A DNA stretch of 64,000 nucleotides, from contig CAVSTP010000003.1 of NCBI GenBank assembly GCA_963730935.1, positions 576,001 to 640,000 of the forward strand, in the 5' to 3' direction. The DNA is from an uncultured Nitrospiraceae bacterium (lineage in GTDB: Bacteria > Nitrospirota > Nitrospiria > Nitrospirales > Nitrospiraceae). The notes beneath the pieces were generated by a model. That model was not told where the DNA came from and made no database searches. It saw nothing but the letters and a program-made list of their open reading frames with translations. Positions 29,682-39,854 of the stretch are shown here, in pieces; position 1 is the first letter of the stretch, and every line of letters begins with the position of its first letter. The position numbers and the translations under genes were made by a program.

Positions 29682-30737
29682 ATGCTCAAGCCGATATACA
29701 TCGGCCGTTGGTGGGTGGCGGTGTTGCTCTGTGTGTTTCCGGCCCCGGCCGCCGCCGGCTGCCTTCTCGACGATGCGGCGTCCGGCGCGCAAGGACGATT
29801 CAAAATTCATCTCAGTGAGTCCTGCACGCAGGCCGAGCGGGATGCTCATGCCGTCAAGGCGTCCACAGTCCTGGCAGCCTTGACACGAGGACAGACCGTC
29901 GATCTGGACGGTGTGGTGATTCACGGCGACCTGACGCTCGAGACGTTGCCTGTGGTCACCGATCCTCCCGCGCTCGACGGGATCATCGGTCCGCAGGACA
30001 AGGTGGTCAGAGTGATCGCCGGCGGGCTGTCTCTCGTCAATTCCACCGTGCAGGGGAAGATTGTGCATCGGTCGGCGGACGGAACCCTCCTCTTCAGCGG
30101 TCCTGTGACGTTTCGAGGCACGACATTCGAGCAAATGGTGGATCTGTCGCGCTCCGTATTCACGCAGCCTGTGGTCTTGTCCGGGGCGGTGTTTCTCGCA
30201 GAAGGGTATTTTGTGCAAGGTCAGTTTCTCGGCGAGATGACCGGCGAGAAAACAGCCTTCGGTCCTCACACAAGGTTCCACCGCTCCCGATTTCATGGAT
30301 CGGTGACGTTCGAGCAGTCGGGCTTCAGCGGATTGGCGGAGTTCCTCGAGGTGCGTTTCGATCGTGATGCGAATCTGGCCAGAACCTACTTCAAGCTGGG
30401 AACAGGATTCTCGGGAAGTCAGTTCGTCGGATTGGCGGACTTCTCCGAAGCGCTGTTCGACGGTGACGCGTACTTTACCTTTACACGGTTCGATGGCGAT
30501 GCCTATTTCCGTCGTGCGACCTTTCGGGCCACCGCGGATTTTGACGACGCGCAATTCAACGGCCGTGAAGACTTTTCCAAGGTGTTTTTCGAAAAGGGGC
30601 CGCAATTCACGCGAGCGAAGCGTTCCGGCAACGCCCAAAATTTGGGCATTGAGAACCCTCAGATCCAGTATGCCATCACCCTCTCCCTCCTCCTCTTCAG
30701 CGCTCTGCTGATTGCGTATCTAGTTCGATCCAGGTGA
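29682..30737 (+). CDS. Pentapeptide-repeat protein, exported with C-terminal TM anchor
   Basis: Repeated ADFSEALF / AYFTFTRF / ADFDDAQF units; signal peptide; C-terminal helix. Confidence 0.8.
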   Translation: MLKPIYIGRWWVAVLLCVFPAPAAAGCLLDDAASGAQGRFKIHLSESCTQAERDAHAVKASTVLAALTRGQTVDLDGVVIHGDLTLETLPVVTDPPALDGIIGPQDKVVRVIAGGLSLVNSTVQGKIVHRSADGTLLFSGPVTFRGTTFEQMVDLSRSVFTQPVVLSGAVFLAEGYFVQGQFLGEMTGEKTAFGPHTRFHRSRFHGSVTFEQSGFSGLAEFLEVRFDRDANLARTYFKLGTGFSGSQFVGLADFSEALFDGDAYFTFTRFDGDAYFRRATFRATADFDDAQFNGREDFSKVFFEKGPQFTRAKRSGNAQNLGIENPQIQYAITLSLLLFSALLIAYLVRSR

Positions 30738-30802
30738 CCTTTTAACCACAACTAATAGTTCGGCTCTTGCTCGTCTCCCCCAAAGCTGGTATAAAGCGGC
30801 TT

Positions 30803-31600
30803 GTGGATAACCAACTCGACGGGGCCGAACAGACCGAGCTGCCCTACCAGGTTCGTATCGAGAATTTCGAAGGGCCTCTCGATCTGCTCCTCCACCTCAT
30901 CAAGAAGAACGAAATCAACATTTACGACATTCCCATCGCGATGATCGCTCAACAATATCTGAGCTACATCGAGGCGATGAAGGACTTGAATCTCACCGTC
31001 GCCGGGGAGTTCCTCGTCATGGCCGCCACGCTGTTGCAGATCAAATCCAAAATGCTGCTTCCCGTCGAGGAAAGCGGAGGGGATGACGAAGACGGACCGG
31101 ACCCGCGCGAAGAGCTTGTTCGACGACTGCTTGAGTACAAGACCTTTAAAGAGGCGGCCCGTCAGTTGGATACGCAAGAGCGGATGTGGCGGGAGATTTA
31201 CAGCCGGCCGGCGGTCTCGCACGAGACGAGCTCTGAGTCGGATGACGCGATACTGGACAACATCGGATTGTTCGACCTCGTCGACGCGCTGCAGACCATT
31301 CTCAATCGCAATCCCGGCAAGAAGCTGCTGGAAATTATTCCCGATAACCTGACCGTCCGCGACCGGATGAACGCCATTCTGGAAGCATTGGAGGGACAGG
31401 AGTCCATCGGGTTTGAGGCTCTGTTTGAAGCGTCCTGCCACCGGTTGGTGATCATCGTGACCTTTTTGGCGTTGCTGGAACTCAGTCGACTGCGGACCGT
31501 GCGCGTGTATCAGGCCGAAAGCTTCGGGCCGATTCTGGTCTCGCGTACGTTCTCGTTGGTGCCGGATCCGGCGGAATTGGATGATTCGGAATGGAGGTAA
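30803..31600 (+). CDS. scpA: Segregation and condensation protein A
   Basis: FEGPLDLLLHLIKKNEINIYDIPI, EFLVMAATLLQIKSKMLLP, TFLALLEL; start assigned to GTG 30803. Confidence 0.95.
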   Translation: MDNQLDGAEQTELPYQVRIENFEGPLDLLLHLIKKNEINIYDIPIAMIAQQYLSYIEAMKDLNLTVAGEFLVMAATLLQIKSKMLLPVEESGGDDEDGPDPREELVRRLLEYKTFKEAARQLDTQERMWREIYSRPAVSHETSSESDDAILDNIGLFDLVDALQTILNRNPGKKLLEIIPDNLTVRDRMNAILEALEGQESIGFEALFEASCHRLVIIVTFLALLELSRLRTVRVYQAESFGPILVSRTFSLVPDPAELDDSEWR

Positions 31601-31602
31601 GT

Positions 31603-32388
31603 ATGGGTTCAGCGGAGCTGCGTGACATGGGCGCGGAAGGCGTGTGCGAGATCGAGATGATGAACGCAGAACAGGAAGGCGAGCCGTCGGAGAACGTGCC
31701 GGTTTCCGTCGAGACACGCGACGACGGCCTTGAAGGACGCGAACTCGCCGCCGTACTCGAAGCGCTCTTGTTCGTGTCCCCCGAGCCGGTCCCTGTGTCA
31801 CGTCTGGCGACCGCCGTAGGAAATGTCTCTAAGGCCGAAGTCGAACAGGCGCTCTCACAGCTGGAACAGGATCTCGCGCAAGACAACCGAGGCGTTCAGC
31901 TGGTCAAGCTGGCCGGCGGCTACCGCCTGGTGACCAAGGCCGAGTATGCTCCGTGGTTGAAGCGTTTGGACAAGGCCAAGGCGGCCCAGAAGCTGTCACG
32001 GTCCGCGCTCGAATCGCTCGCGATCATCGCGTACAAACAGCCGTTGGTGCGCGCAGAGATCGAAGAAATTCGCGGTGTCGAGACGTCCGGCGTGCTGAGA
32101 ACGCTGCTCGAACGGAAACTCGTCCGTATCGTCGGACGAAAAGAGGTGCCTGGGCGCCCGATCATGTACGGCACCACCAAATTTTTCATGGAACATTTCG
32201 GGCTTCAAGACCTCGCCCAACTGCCTCCGCTTCGTGAATTCAAAGAACTGGGGGAAGCCGAGCAGGCGCTGCTTCCCATGGAGCGGGAAGAGGTCGCTCT
32301 CGAGCCTCAGTCGGCTCCTTCGACGGAGCAGGAACTGGCATCGTGGGAACCGCAGTCGTTGATGCCTGAACCGGTTGAGCAGGGCTAA
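31603..32388 (+). CDS. scpB: Segregation and condensation protein B
   Basis: LEALLFVS, LSRSALESLAIIAYKQP, IEEIRGV, PGRPIMYGTT..F...FGL..L..LP. Confidence 0.96.
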   Translation: MGSAELRDMGAEGVCEIEMMNAEQEGEPSENVPVSVETRDDGLEGRELAAVLEALLFVSPEPVPVSRLATAVGNVSKAEVEQALSQLEQDLAQDNRGVQLVKLAGGYRLVTKAEYAPWLKRLDKAKAAQKLSRSALESLAIIAYKQPLVRAEIEEIRGVETSGVLRTLLERKLVRIVGRKEVPGRPIMYGTTKFFMEHFGLQDLAQLPPLREFKELGEAEQALLPMEREEVALEPQSAPSTEQELASWEPQSLMPEPVEQG

Positions 32389-32581
32389 CGAGCGCATTCC
32401 TGTCGACTCCGGGTCTCATGGTCAGTTCCCCCTCTAGGTGCTCTAGCTCCCGAGTTCTGCTTCCGGAGAACCGCTCAGAATTCTCTGTCCGATCGAAGCA
32501 GATTTCTCTGGCTCAGCCCGGGAATTTTGCAGAATCTCGGCCTTCTGCCGTCACCCACAAATCAGACAGTTCGTGCCTCCC

Positions 32582-32611
32582 TTGCAATTCGTCTTTTTGC
32601 TTTGTTAGACT
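32582..32611 (+). promoter_or_regulatory. Putative sigma-70 promoter of the NHL-repeat gene
   Basis: TTGCAA-18 nt-TAGACT with extended TG; GAGG RBS further downstream. Confidence 0.5.
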
Positions 32612-32688
32612 CCCCAATCCCGATCTAACTCATTGAAAGACGCTCGTTTCTTGGTTGTAACCCTGTCGAGGAACAAGAGGCACCACCT

Positions 32689-35659
32689 ATGATGAAGGCA
32701 TGGCTCCTGGACGAGATGTTTCGATTCCATCGTGCGGCACTCACTGTCGAAGGGAGCCAGAGTGAATGGGGTGCTGGCGACTCGATCGCGGAGGAAGAAG
32801 AACTGCCTCCAGCGCCGGCGAACGTCGCGGCCAAGTGTGGAAACGGCCGGATCACGATCACCTGGGACACCGTCCCCGATGCCATGTACTACAACCTCTA
32901 CTTCCAAACGACCAAGGGCGTCCAGATTAAGTTTTCTGAACTGACCCGGCCCATCGCGGGTCCGGAGGACTTCAAGACCGTCATCGGGGTGAAGAAGGAA
33001 AAAGCCACCTGTCTGGAGGGGGCGCAGTCTCCATTTGTCCACGACGATCTCGCCAACGGCAGCTGCTATCACTACGTCGTGACGGTCGTCACGCCGAAAG
33101 GCGAAAGTCCGGAATCGCAGGAAGTGATGGCCATCCCGTCGCCCTATCTGCTGGCGGCCTGTATCGGGCAAGAAGGTGTTGACGAAGGAGAGTTCAGTTC
33201 GCCCACCGGAATCACCCTCGACAAAGAAGGCAATCTCTACGTGGCCGACACGGACAATCACTCGATCCAAAAATTCGACAAGACCGGAAAATTTGTGGCG
33301 CGGTGGGGCGGCGAGCCGTCCGCCCAGGAAGGCAGCTTCTACTATCCTCGCGGGTTGGCGGTCGGCGCGAACGACGCTGTCTACGTCGCCGACAGCGGGA
33401 ACAATCGAGTGCAGAAATTCGATCTCGACGGCAACGCCATGCAGGCGTGGGGAAAATTCGGATTTGCCTGGCGAGGCGCAGACATGGGCAAGTTCGATGT
33501 GCCCTGGGGCGTCGCGACGGATCAGGAAGGCAATCTCTACGTTTCCGATACGAGCAATGCCCGCATTCAAAAATTCAAAGCGGACGGCACGCCTCTCGTG
33601 AAATGGGGGCGCGACGGAAGCTTCGATGGAGCGTTCTTTTTCCCGCGGGGCGTGGCGGTGGACTTCGTCGGCAATATCTACGTGGCCGATGAAGGCAACA
33701 ACCGTGTTCAAAAATTCGACGCCCGCGGCAGCTTCCTGACGAAGTGGGGCCGGGAGGGCGCGGGGCCCGGACAGTTCAAGACGCCGTGGGGCATCGCATG
33801 CGACGCGCTGGGGAACGTCTATGTCGTGGACACCGGCAATCACCGGATCCAGAAGTTCGACGGCAACGGCACCTTCCTCTGCGCCTGGGGCAACCGCGGC
33901 AAATCGGAAGGCCAATTGAATTTTCCCTACGGGATCGCCGTCGACAAAGAAGGGTGTGTGTATGTGGTCGACAGCGGCAACAACCGCGTCTTGAAGTATG
34001 TGCCGACCGACGAAGAGATCAATCGGGGCAAGGACGAGAAGCCGAAGTCTCAGGCGACGACCGCCACTCCGCCCCCGAACAATGTCGCGGTGAAGGCCGG
34101 CGATACGGAAACGTTCCTCAGTTGGATGGAGGTGCCCGGCGCGATCTCCTACAACCTGTACTTCAATACCTCTCCGCAGCTGACGAAGCAAAGCGGAACC
34201 AAGATCGAGGGTGTGAGCAATCCCTTCACGCATACGGGTCTCACGAACGACACGGCCTATTTCTATGCCGTGGCGGCGGTGTTCGACGGGGACGTCGAAA
34301 GCGAACTGTCGAACCAGGTGTCCGCCACGCCGGTGCTGATCGATATTACGGCGCCGCAGAATTCCTACGCGGTCATCAATCACGGCGCGTTCATGACCAA
34401 TACACCGGAAGTGGTCGTGACGATTTCCGCGAACGACATCGATACGGGCGTCGGCGCCTACTATGTCTCAGAAGCGCCGATGACGCCGATGGCCGGCACG
34501 CCGGGATGGGTCGACGTGACGCCGGCGTTGAAATTCGGCGCCACGATTCCGTTCATTCTGTCACCGGGCGACGGCCAGAAGACAATTTACGTCTGGTTCA
34601 AGGACGTCGGCGGGAACGTGTCGACACCGGCCAGCGCGACGATTCTGGTCAATACTTCGGGCTACCTCTGCGTGTCGCGTTGGGGACGGTCGGGTCGTGG
34701 CGCGTCGCTCCTCCACGGCGGCGAGTTCATGGCGCCGATCTACGGCCTGTGCGTGGACCAGCAAGGGGCTCTCTTCGTCGTGGACAACGGGAACAACCGC
34801 GTTCAGAAATTCGACAATGCCGGCAACTTCATTATCTTGTGGGGCAACTTTGGCGCCGCGAATGCCAATTTCCACAACCCCACCGGCATCGCCTGCGACG
34901 GCAAAGGCGACGTATGGGTCGTCGATACGAACAACCATCGCGTCCAGAAGTTCGACGGCAAGCTGGGCGGCTACCTTATGAAGTTCGGCTCGCGGGGCAA
35001 CGGCGAAGGGCCAGTTCAACTCCCCCTGGGGTATTGCCGTCGATCGCGTCCGCGGGTACGTGTACGTCGTCGACAGCGCCAACTTCCGGGTACAGAAATT
35101 CGACATGACCGGCGAATTCATCATGTCCTGGGGCAGCTTCGGCAACGGCGACGGCCAGTTCTATTTCCCGCGAGGCATCGCCGTCGATCAGTCTGACGGC
35201 GCCGTCTATGTCGTGGACATGGGCAATCACCGGATGCAGAAGTTCGACACTAGCACTAACGTGCTGCCTCAATTGTTGACAAAGTGGGGCGGCAGTGCGG
35301 AGGCGGGGCACGCGAGCAGCGCCTTGTCGCAGGAGGCCGGACAGTTGCGGTCGCCCTGGGGCATTGCCATCGACGCAGCCGGGGATGTGTATGTCACGGA
35401 CACCGGCAATCATCGCATCGAGAAATTCGACAAAGAAGGCAATTTCATCACGCAGTGGGGCGGGTTCGGCAACGGCGACGGGCAATTCAATTTCCCATAT
35501 GGCATTGCGGTCGATGCGAAGGGCAGCGTGTTCGCCGTCGACAGCGGCAACACCCGCGTTCAGCAGTTCATGCCGGCCGACGAAGGCAGTGAGCGGCTGC
35601 AGGAAGAGGCGGAAGCGGCGGCAGAAATCGAGAAAGCGCAACAACCCCAAAAGGCCTGA
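32689..35659 (+). CDS. Large NHL-repeat (beta-propeller) / fibronectin-III protein, ~990 aa; one +1 indel near 35010
   Basis: Many F..P.GIAVD..GN.YV.D..N.R.QKFD repeats and two FN3-like domains; the frame continues as GEGQFNSPWGIAVD once one base is removed near 35010. Confidence 0.85.
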
Positions 35660-35680
35660 TGGCCCCGGCTACGGAGGACT

Positions 35681-37148
35681 ATGCTCGAGAAAGAACCACG
35701 CCTCGGACTCACGTATGACGACGTGGTTCTGGTGCCTTCGAAATCCGCCGTCCTGCCCAGCGAAGTCGATATCCGCACGCACCTCACTCGGAACATCCAG
35801 ATCAATATTCCCATCATCAGCTCCGCAATGGATACGGTCACAGAATCGCGGCTGGCGATCGCCATGGCGCGTGAAGGCGGAGTCGGCATCATTCACCGAG
35901 TCTTGATCCCGCCGATCAAGCGGCGGAAGTCGACCGGGTCAAGAAATCCGAAAGCGGGATGATTCTGGATCCGGTCACAATCTCGCCGGATCAAACCATC
36001 CGCGACGCCCATGCAGTTGATGGCCAAATACCGCATCTCGGGCATTCCCGTCACCAAGAATAAGAAGCTGGTCGGCATCCTGACGAATCGCGATCTGCGG
36101 TTCGAGACCCGGATGGATCTCAAGGTGTCGCAGGTCATGAAGCGGGACAAGCTTAGTCACGGCGCCGGAAGGGACCAGCCTCGAAAAGGCCCGCGAGATC
36201 CTGCATGAGCATCGGATCGAGAAGCTCCCGGTCGTCAACAAGCAGTTCGACCTCAAGGGACTGATCACCATCAAGGACATCGAAAAGCGGATCAAATATC
36301 CCAATGCCTGCAAGGATGCTCATGGCCGGTTGCGCGTTGGCGCGGCCGTCGGTGTCGGAGCGGATACGGAAGAACGGCTCGCCCAGCTCAAAAAGGCCGG
36401 CGTCGATCTCATCGTGGTGGACACCGCGCACGGCCATGCGCAGGCGGTTCTCGATACGGTCAAGATGATCAAGAAGCAGCATCCGAGCGTGGAATTGATG
36501 GCCGGCAACATCGCCACTGCAGAGGCGGCCAAAGATTTGCTGAACGCCGGCGTCGATGCGGTCAAGGTCGGCGTGGGACCCGGGTCGATTTGTACCACGC
36601 GCATCGTGTCCGGTGCAGGAATGCCGCAACTGACCGCGATTGCCGATTGCGCCAAAGTGCTGGCGGGCAGCGGAGTGCCGATTGTTGCGGATGGGGGCAT
36701 TAAGTTTTCTGGCGACATCACAAGGCGCTGGCGGCCGGGGCCTCGTCGGTCATGCTGGGTGGACTACTTGGCCGGGACAGAGGAGTCGCCCGGAGAGACC
36801 GTGCTTTACCAGGCCAGAACGTATAAGGTGTACCGAGGCATGGGATCGATCGGCGCCATGGAACGAGGCGGCGGAGATCGGTATGGCCAGAGTGGGCGTC
36901 CGCCGCAGAAGCTGGTGCCTGAAGGCATCGAAGGGCGCGTGCCGTATAAGGGCCCTTTGTCGGCGGTCATCTATCAGCTGGTCGGCGGCGTCAAATCCGG
37001 CATGGGCTATTGCGGATGCAGGACGATTTCCGATCTCCAGCAGAAGGCGACGTTCATCCGTCAGACGGTCGCAGGCCTCCGCGAAAGCCACGTGCACGAC
37101 GTCATCATCACCAAAGAAGCGCCGAACTATCGCATGGATTGGGAATAA
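35681..37148 (+). CDS. guaB: IMP dehydrogenase; 5 apparent indels (likely sequencing errors)
   Basis: [18 protein letters not shown] pair, [35 protein letters not shown] spread across frames. Confidence 0.93.
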
Positions 37149-37264
37149 CGCCATCAGCGTTCATCCGTCGGTTGTCAGCCCTTCCCCGATCAGAACTCGT
37201 CATTGGCCCGCTGTTGGTGTCCCGCTGTTGACCGCTCACAACTAACCGCTTGAAAGCGAATTTC

Positions 37265-38829
37265 ATGGAACTCTGGCACGATAGAATTCTGGTCCTGGAT
37301 TTCGGATCGCAGTACACCCAGCTGATCGCCCGCCGCATTCGTGAAGCGCACGTCTATTCGCAAATCCTTCCCTGTACCGTGCCATTGGCGACCGTGTCTG
37401 GCCTATCGCCCGCAGGGTATCGTTTTGTCCGGTGGTCCCTCCAGTGTCTATGAGAAGAAGGCGCCCAGCGTTTCAAAGGAGCTTTTCGACCAGGGCATCC
37501 CCATCCTGGGCATCTGTTATGGCATGCAGCTGGTCACGCATCTGTCCGGCGGCGAGGTGGCAAAGTCCAAGCACCGGGAATATGGCCGTGCAGAACTCAC
37601 CATCGACGACGCCGGCGATCTCTTTGCCGGGATTGGAACGGGCGGATCGACCGTCGTCTGGATGTCGCACGGCGACCGGATCGAGCGGATGCCGCCGGGG
37701 TTCCGATCGATTGCCCACACGAGCAATTCGCCGATTGCGGCCATGAAGCAGCGACGATCGGCAAGCGCCGAATCTACTGCCTGCAGTTCCATCCGGAAGT
37801 CGCGCACACGCCGGAAGGGGCACAACTGCTTCGAAATTTCGTGTATCGACATCTGCGGGTGCAAACCGACCTGGACGATGCAATCCTATGTCGAAACGGC
37901 GGTCGAGCAGATCCGAGAACAGGTCGGCAAGGAGCGCGTCATCTGCGCGTTGAGCGGCGGCGTGGATTCATCGGTCGCGGCGGCGCTTACCCATCGGGCC
38001 ATCGGCGATCAGCTGACCTGCATCTTCGTCGACAATGGCGTGCTTGAGGGCGGGGGAGCGCGATCAGGTGCAAAAGACGTTTGCCTCTCAATTGCATTTG
38101 AATCTGCGGATCCTCGATCGGACCGAGCAGTTTCTGGCCGGATTGAAGGGCGTCTCCGACCCTGAGAAGAAACGCAAGATCATCGGTGGTCTCTTCATCA
38201 AGAATTTTGAAGCTGAAGCGAAGAAGTTGAAGGGCATCAAGTATTCTAGTCCAGGGCACGTTGTACCCCGATGTCATCGAGAGCGTGAGCTTCAAGGGGC
38301 CGTCGGCGACCATCAAGACGCATCACAATGTCGGTGGGTTGCCGGCCCGCATGAGGCTGAAGTTGATCGAACCCCTGCGAGAACTGTTCAAGGACGAAGT
38401 GCGCGTGCTGGGAAAGGAATTAGGATTGCCGGACGAGATCATCTGGCGGCAGCCGTTTCCCGGCCCTGGCCTCGCTATTCGGGTGCTGGGAGCGGTGACC
38501 AAGGAGCGGCTGGCCATCCTGCGTGCCGCGGAAACCATCGTCGATCAAGAGATTCGCGGCGCCGGCCTGTATCGGGAGATCTGGCAGGCGTTTGCCGTAT
38601 TGCTGCCGATCCGGACGGTCGGCGTGATGGGGGATCAGCGGACGTATGAGCACGTCATGGCGCATCCGCGCCGTCACGAGCTTGGATGGCATGACGGCCG
38701 ACTGGGCGAAGATTCCCGAACGACGTGTTGGGCAGGATGTCCAATCGGATCATCAACGAAGTGAAGGGCGTGAATCGTGTCGTCTACGACATCAGCTCCA
38801 AGCCACCAGCCACCATCGAGTGGGAGTAA
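37265..38829 (+). CDS. guaA: GMP synthase; 7 or more apparent indels (likely sequencing errors)
   Basis: [74 protein letters not shown] across frames. Confidence 0.93.
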
Positions 38830-38834
38830 GGGAG

Positions 38835-38990
38835 GGCGACCAGGTGGCTCCTGTGCTCGCCCGCGTTGGCTCCGGGTCGAACAACTTTGGTTTGGCAGTG
38901 CTCGCTGGGAAAGGTACGCGTCTTGGCGCGACCGGGGCTGGGCGGTTGAAAATTAGTGCGCGCAGTTGGAACCAACCTGGCCACCCAGCA
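38835..38990 (+). repeat. Dispersed intergenic repeat family, copy R6 (diverged)
   Basis: tgtgctcgc; ggaaaggtacgcgtcttggcgcg; gggctgggcggttgaaaa; gccaccc; colinear with the 3' half of R1. Confidence 0.65.
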
Positions 38991-38999
38991 AAGACGGAG

Positions 39000-39853
39000 A
39001 TGGAAATAAGACTGCAAAAATTGATTGCCGGAACCGGCGTTGCGTCGCGCCGGAAGGCTGAAGCGTTGATCGCCGCCGGTCGCGTGATGGTCAACGGCAA
39101 GACGGTGACGGAGTTGGGCACCAAGGTCGATCCCGGACGTGATCACGTCAAGGTCGACGGCAAACACTTGGGTGCGCCGCAGCCGTTCGTCTATTTGATG
39201 TTGAACAAACCCAAGAATGTCGTCTCCACCCTGGACGATCCCGGGGGGCGGACGACGGTCAAGGATTATCTGCGCGGGGTTTCCGTGCGGGTGTTCCCTG
39301 TCGGCCGGTTGGATTTCGACAGTGAAGGGTTGATGCTCTTGACCAACAACGGCGACTCGCCCAGGCGATGCTTCACCCCCGGTATCACGTCCCCAAGACC
39401 TATCTGATCAAGGTGAAGGGTGTCCTGACCGACGACGAGATCAGAAGTCTTGAGGAGGGTGTGAGACTCGAAGATGGCATGACGAGCCCGGCGCAGCTCA
39501 GGAAGGTTCGGAAGGTCGAGGCGAATTCCTGGTTGGAGATTACCATCCGTGAAGGGCGCAAGCATCAAGTCAAGCGGATGCTGGAAGTGGTCGGACATCC
39601 GGTGATCAAGCTCCTGCGGATCCGGATGGGATCGATTTCGCTCGGTGACCTGCAGCCGGGTGAATTCCGTTTTTTGACCGATCGGGAAGCCAATACGCTG
39701 CGCCGACTGGTGGAAGAGCGGGTGGCGTCGGTCGAGGAACCGGTGGCGGGTACTCCTTCGCGGCCGTCAAGGCGCGAGGGATGGGCACGAGCGAAAAAGA
39801 ACAAGAGTCAACGTCGGCGAGGGCCTTGGTCGTCGACACGAAAGCGAGCGTGA
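39000..39853 (+). CDS. rluB: 23S rRNA pseudouridine synthase RluB-like; one -1 indel near 39356
   Basis: S4 domain RLQKLIA..GVASRRKAE, LNKP, VGRLDFDSEGL, EGRKHQVKRM. Confidence 0.9.
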
Positions 39854-39854
39854 C

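Noticed and set aside
32605..35108. Long alternative ORFs 32605-34383(-) and 33744-35108(+), and similar shadow ORFs elsewhere
   Set aside because: They overlap well-supported genes and reflect GC-rich codon bias; no recognisable motifs.
37149..37260. Weak 7-nt periodic repeats between guaB and guaA
   Set aside because: Too degenerate to support, and it lies in the error-prone patch.
3150..38990. CRISPR array
   Set aside because: The repeats are dispersed and variable, not regularly spaced with unique spacers; no cas genes.
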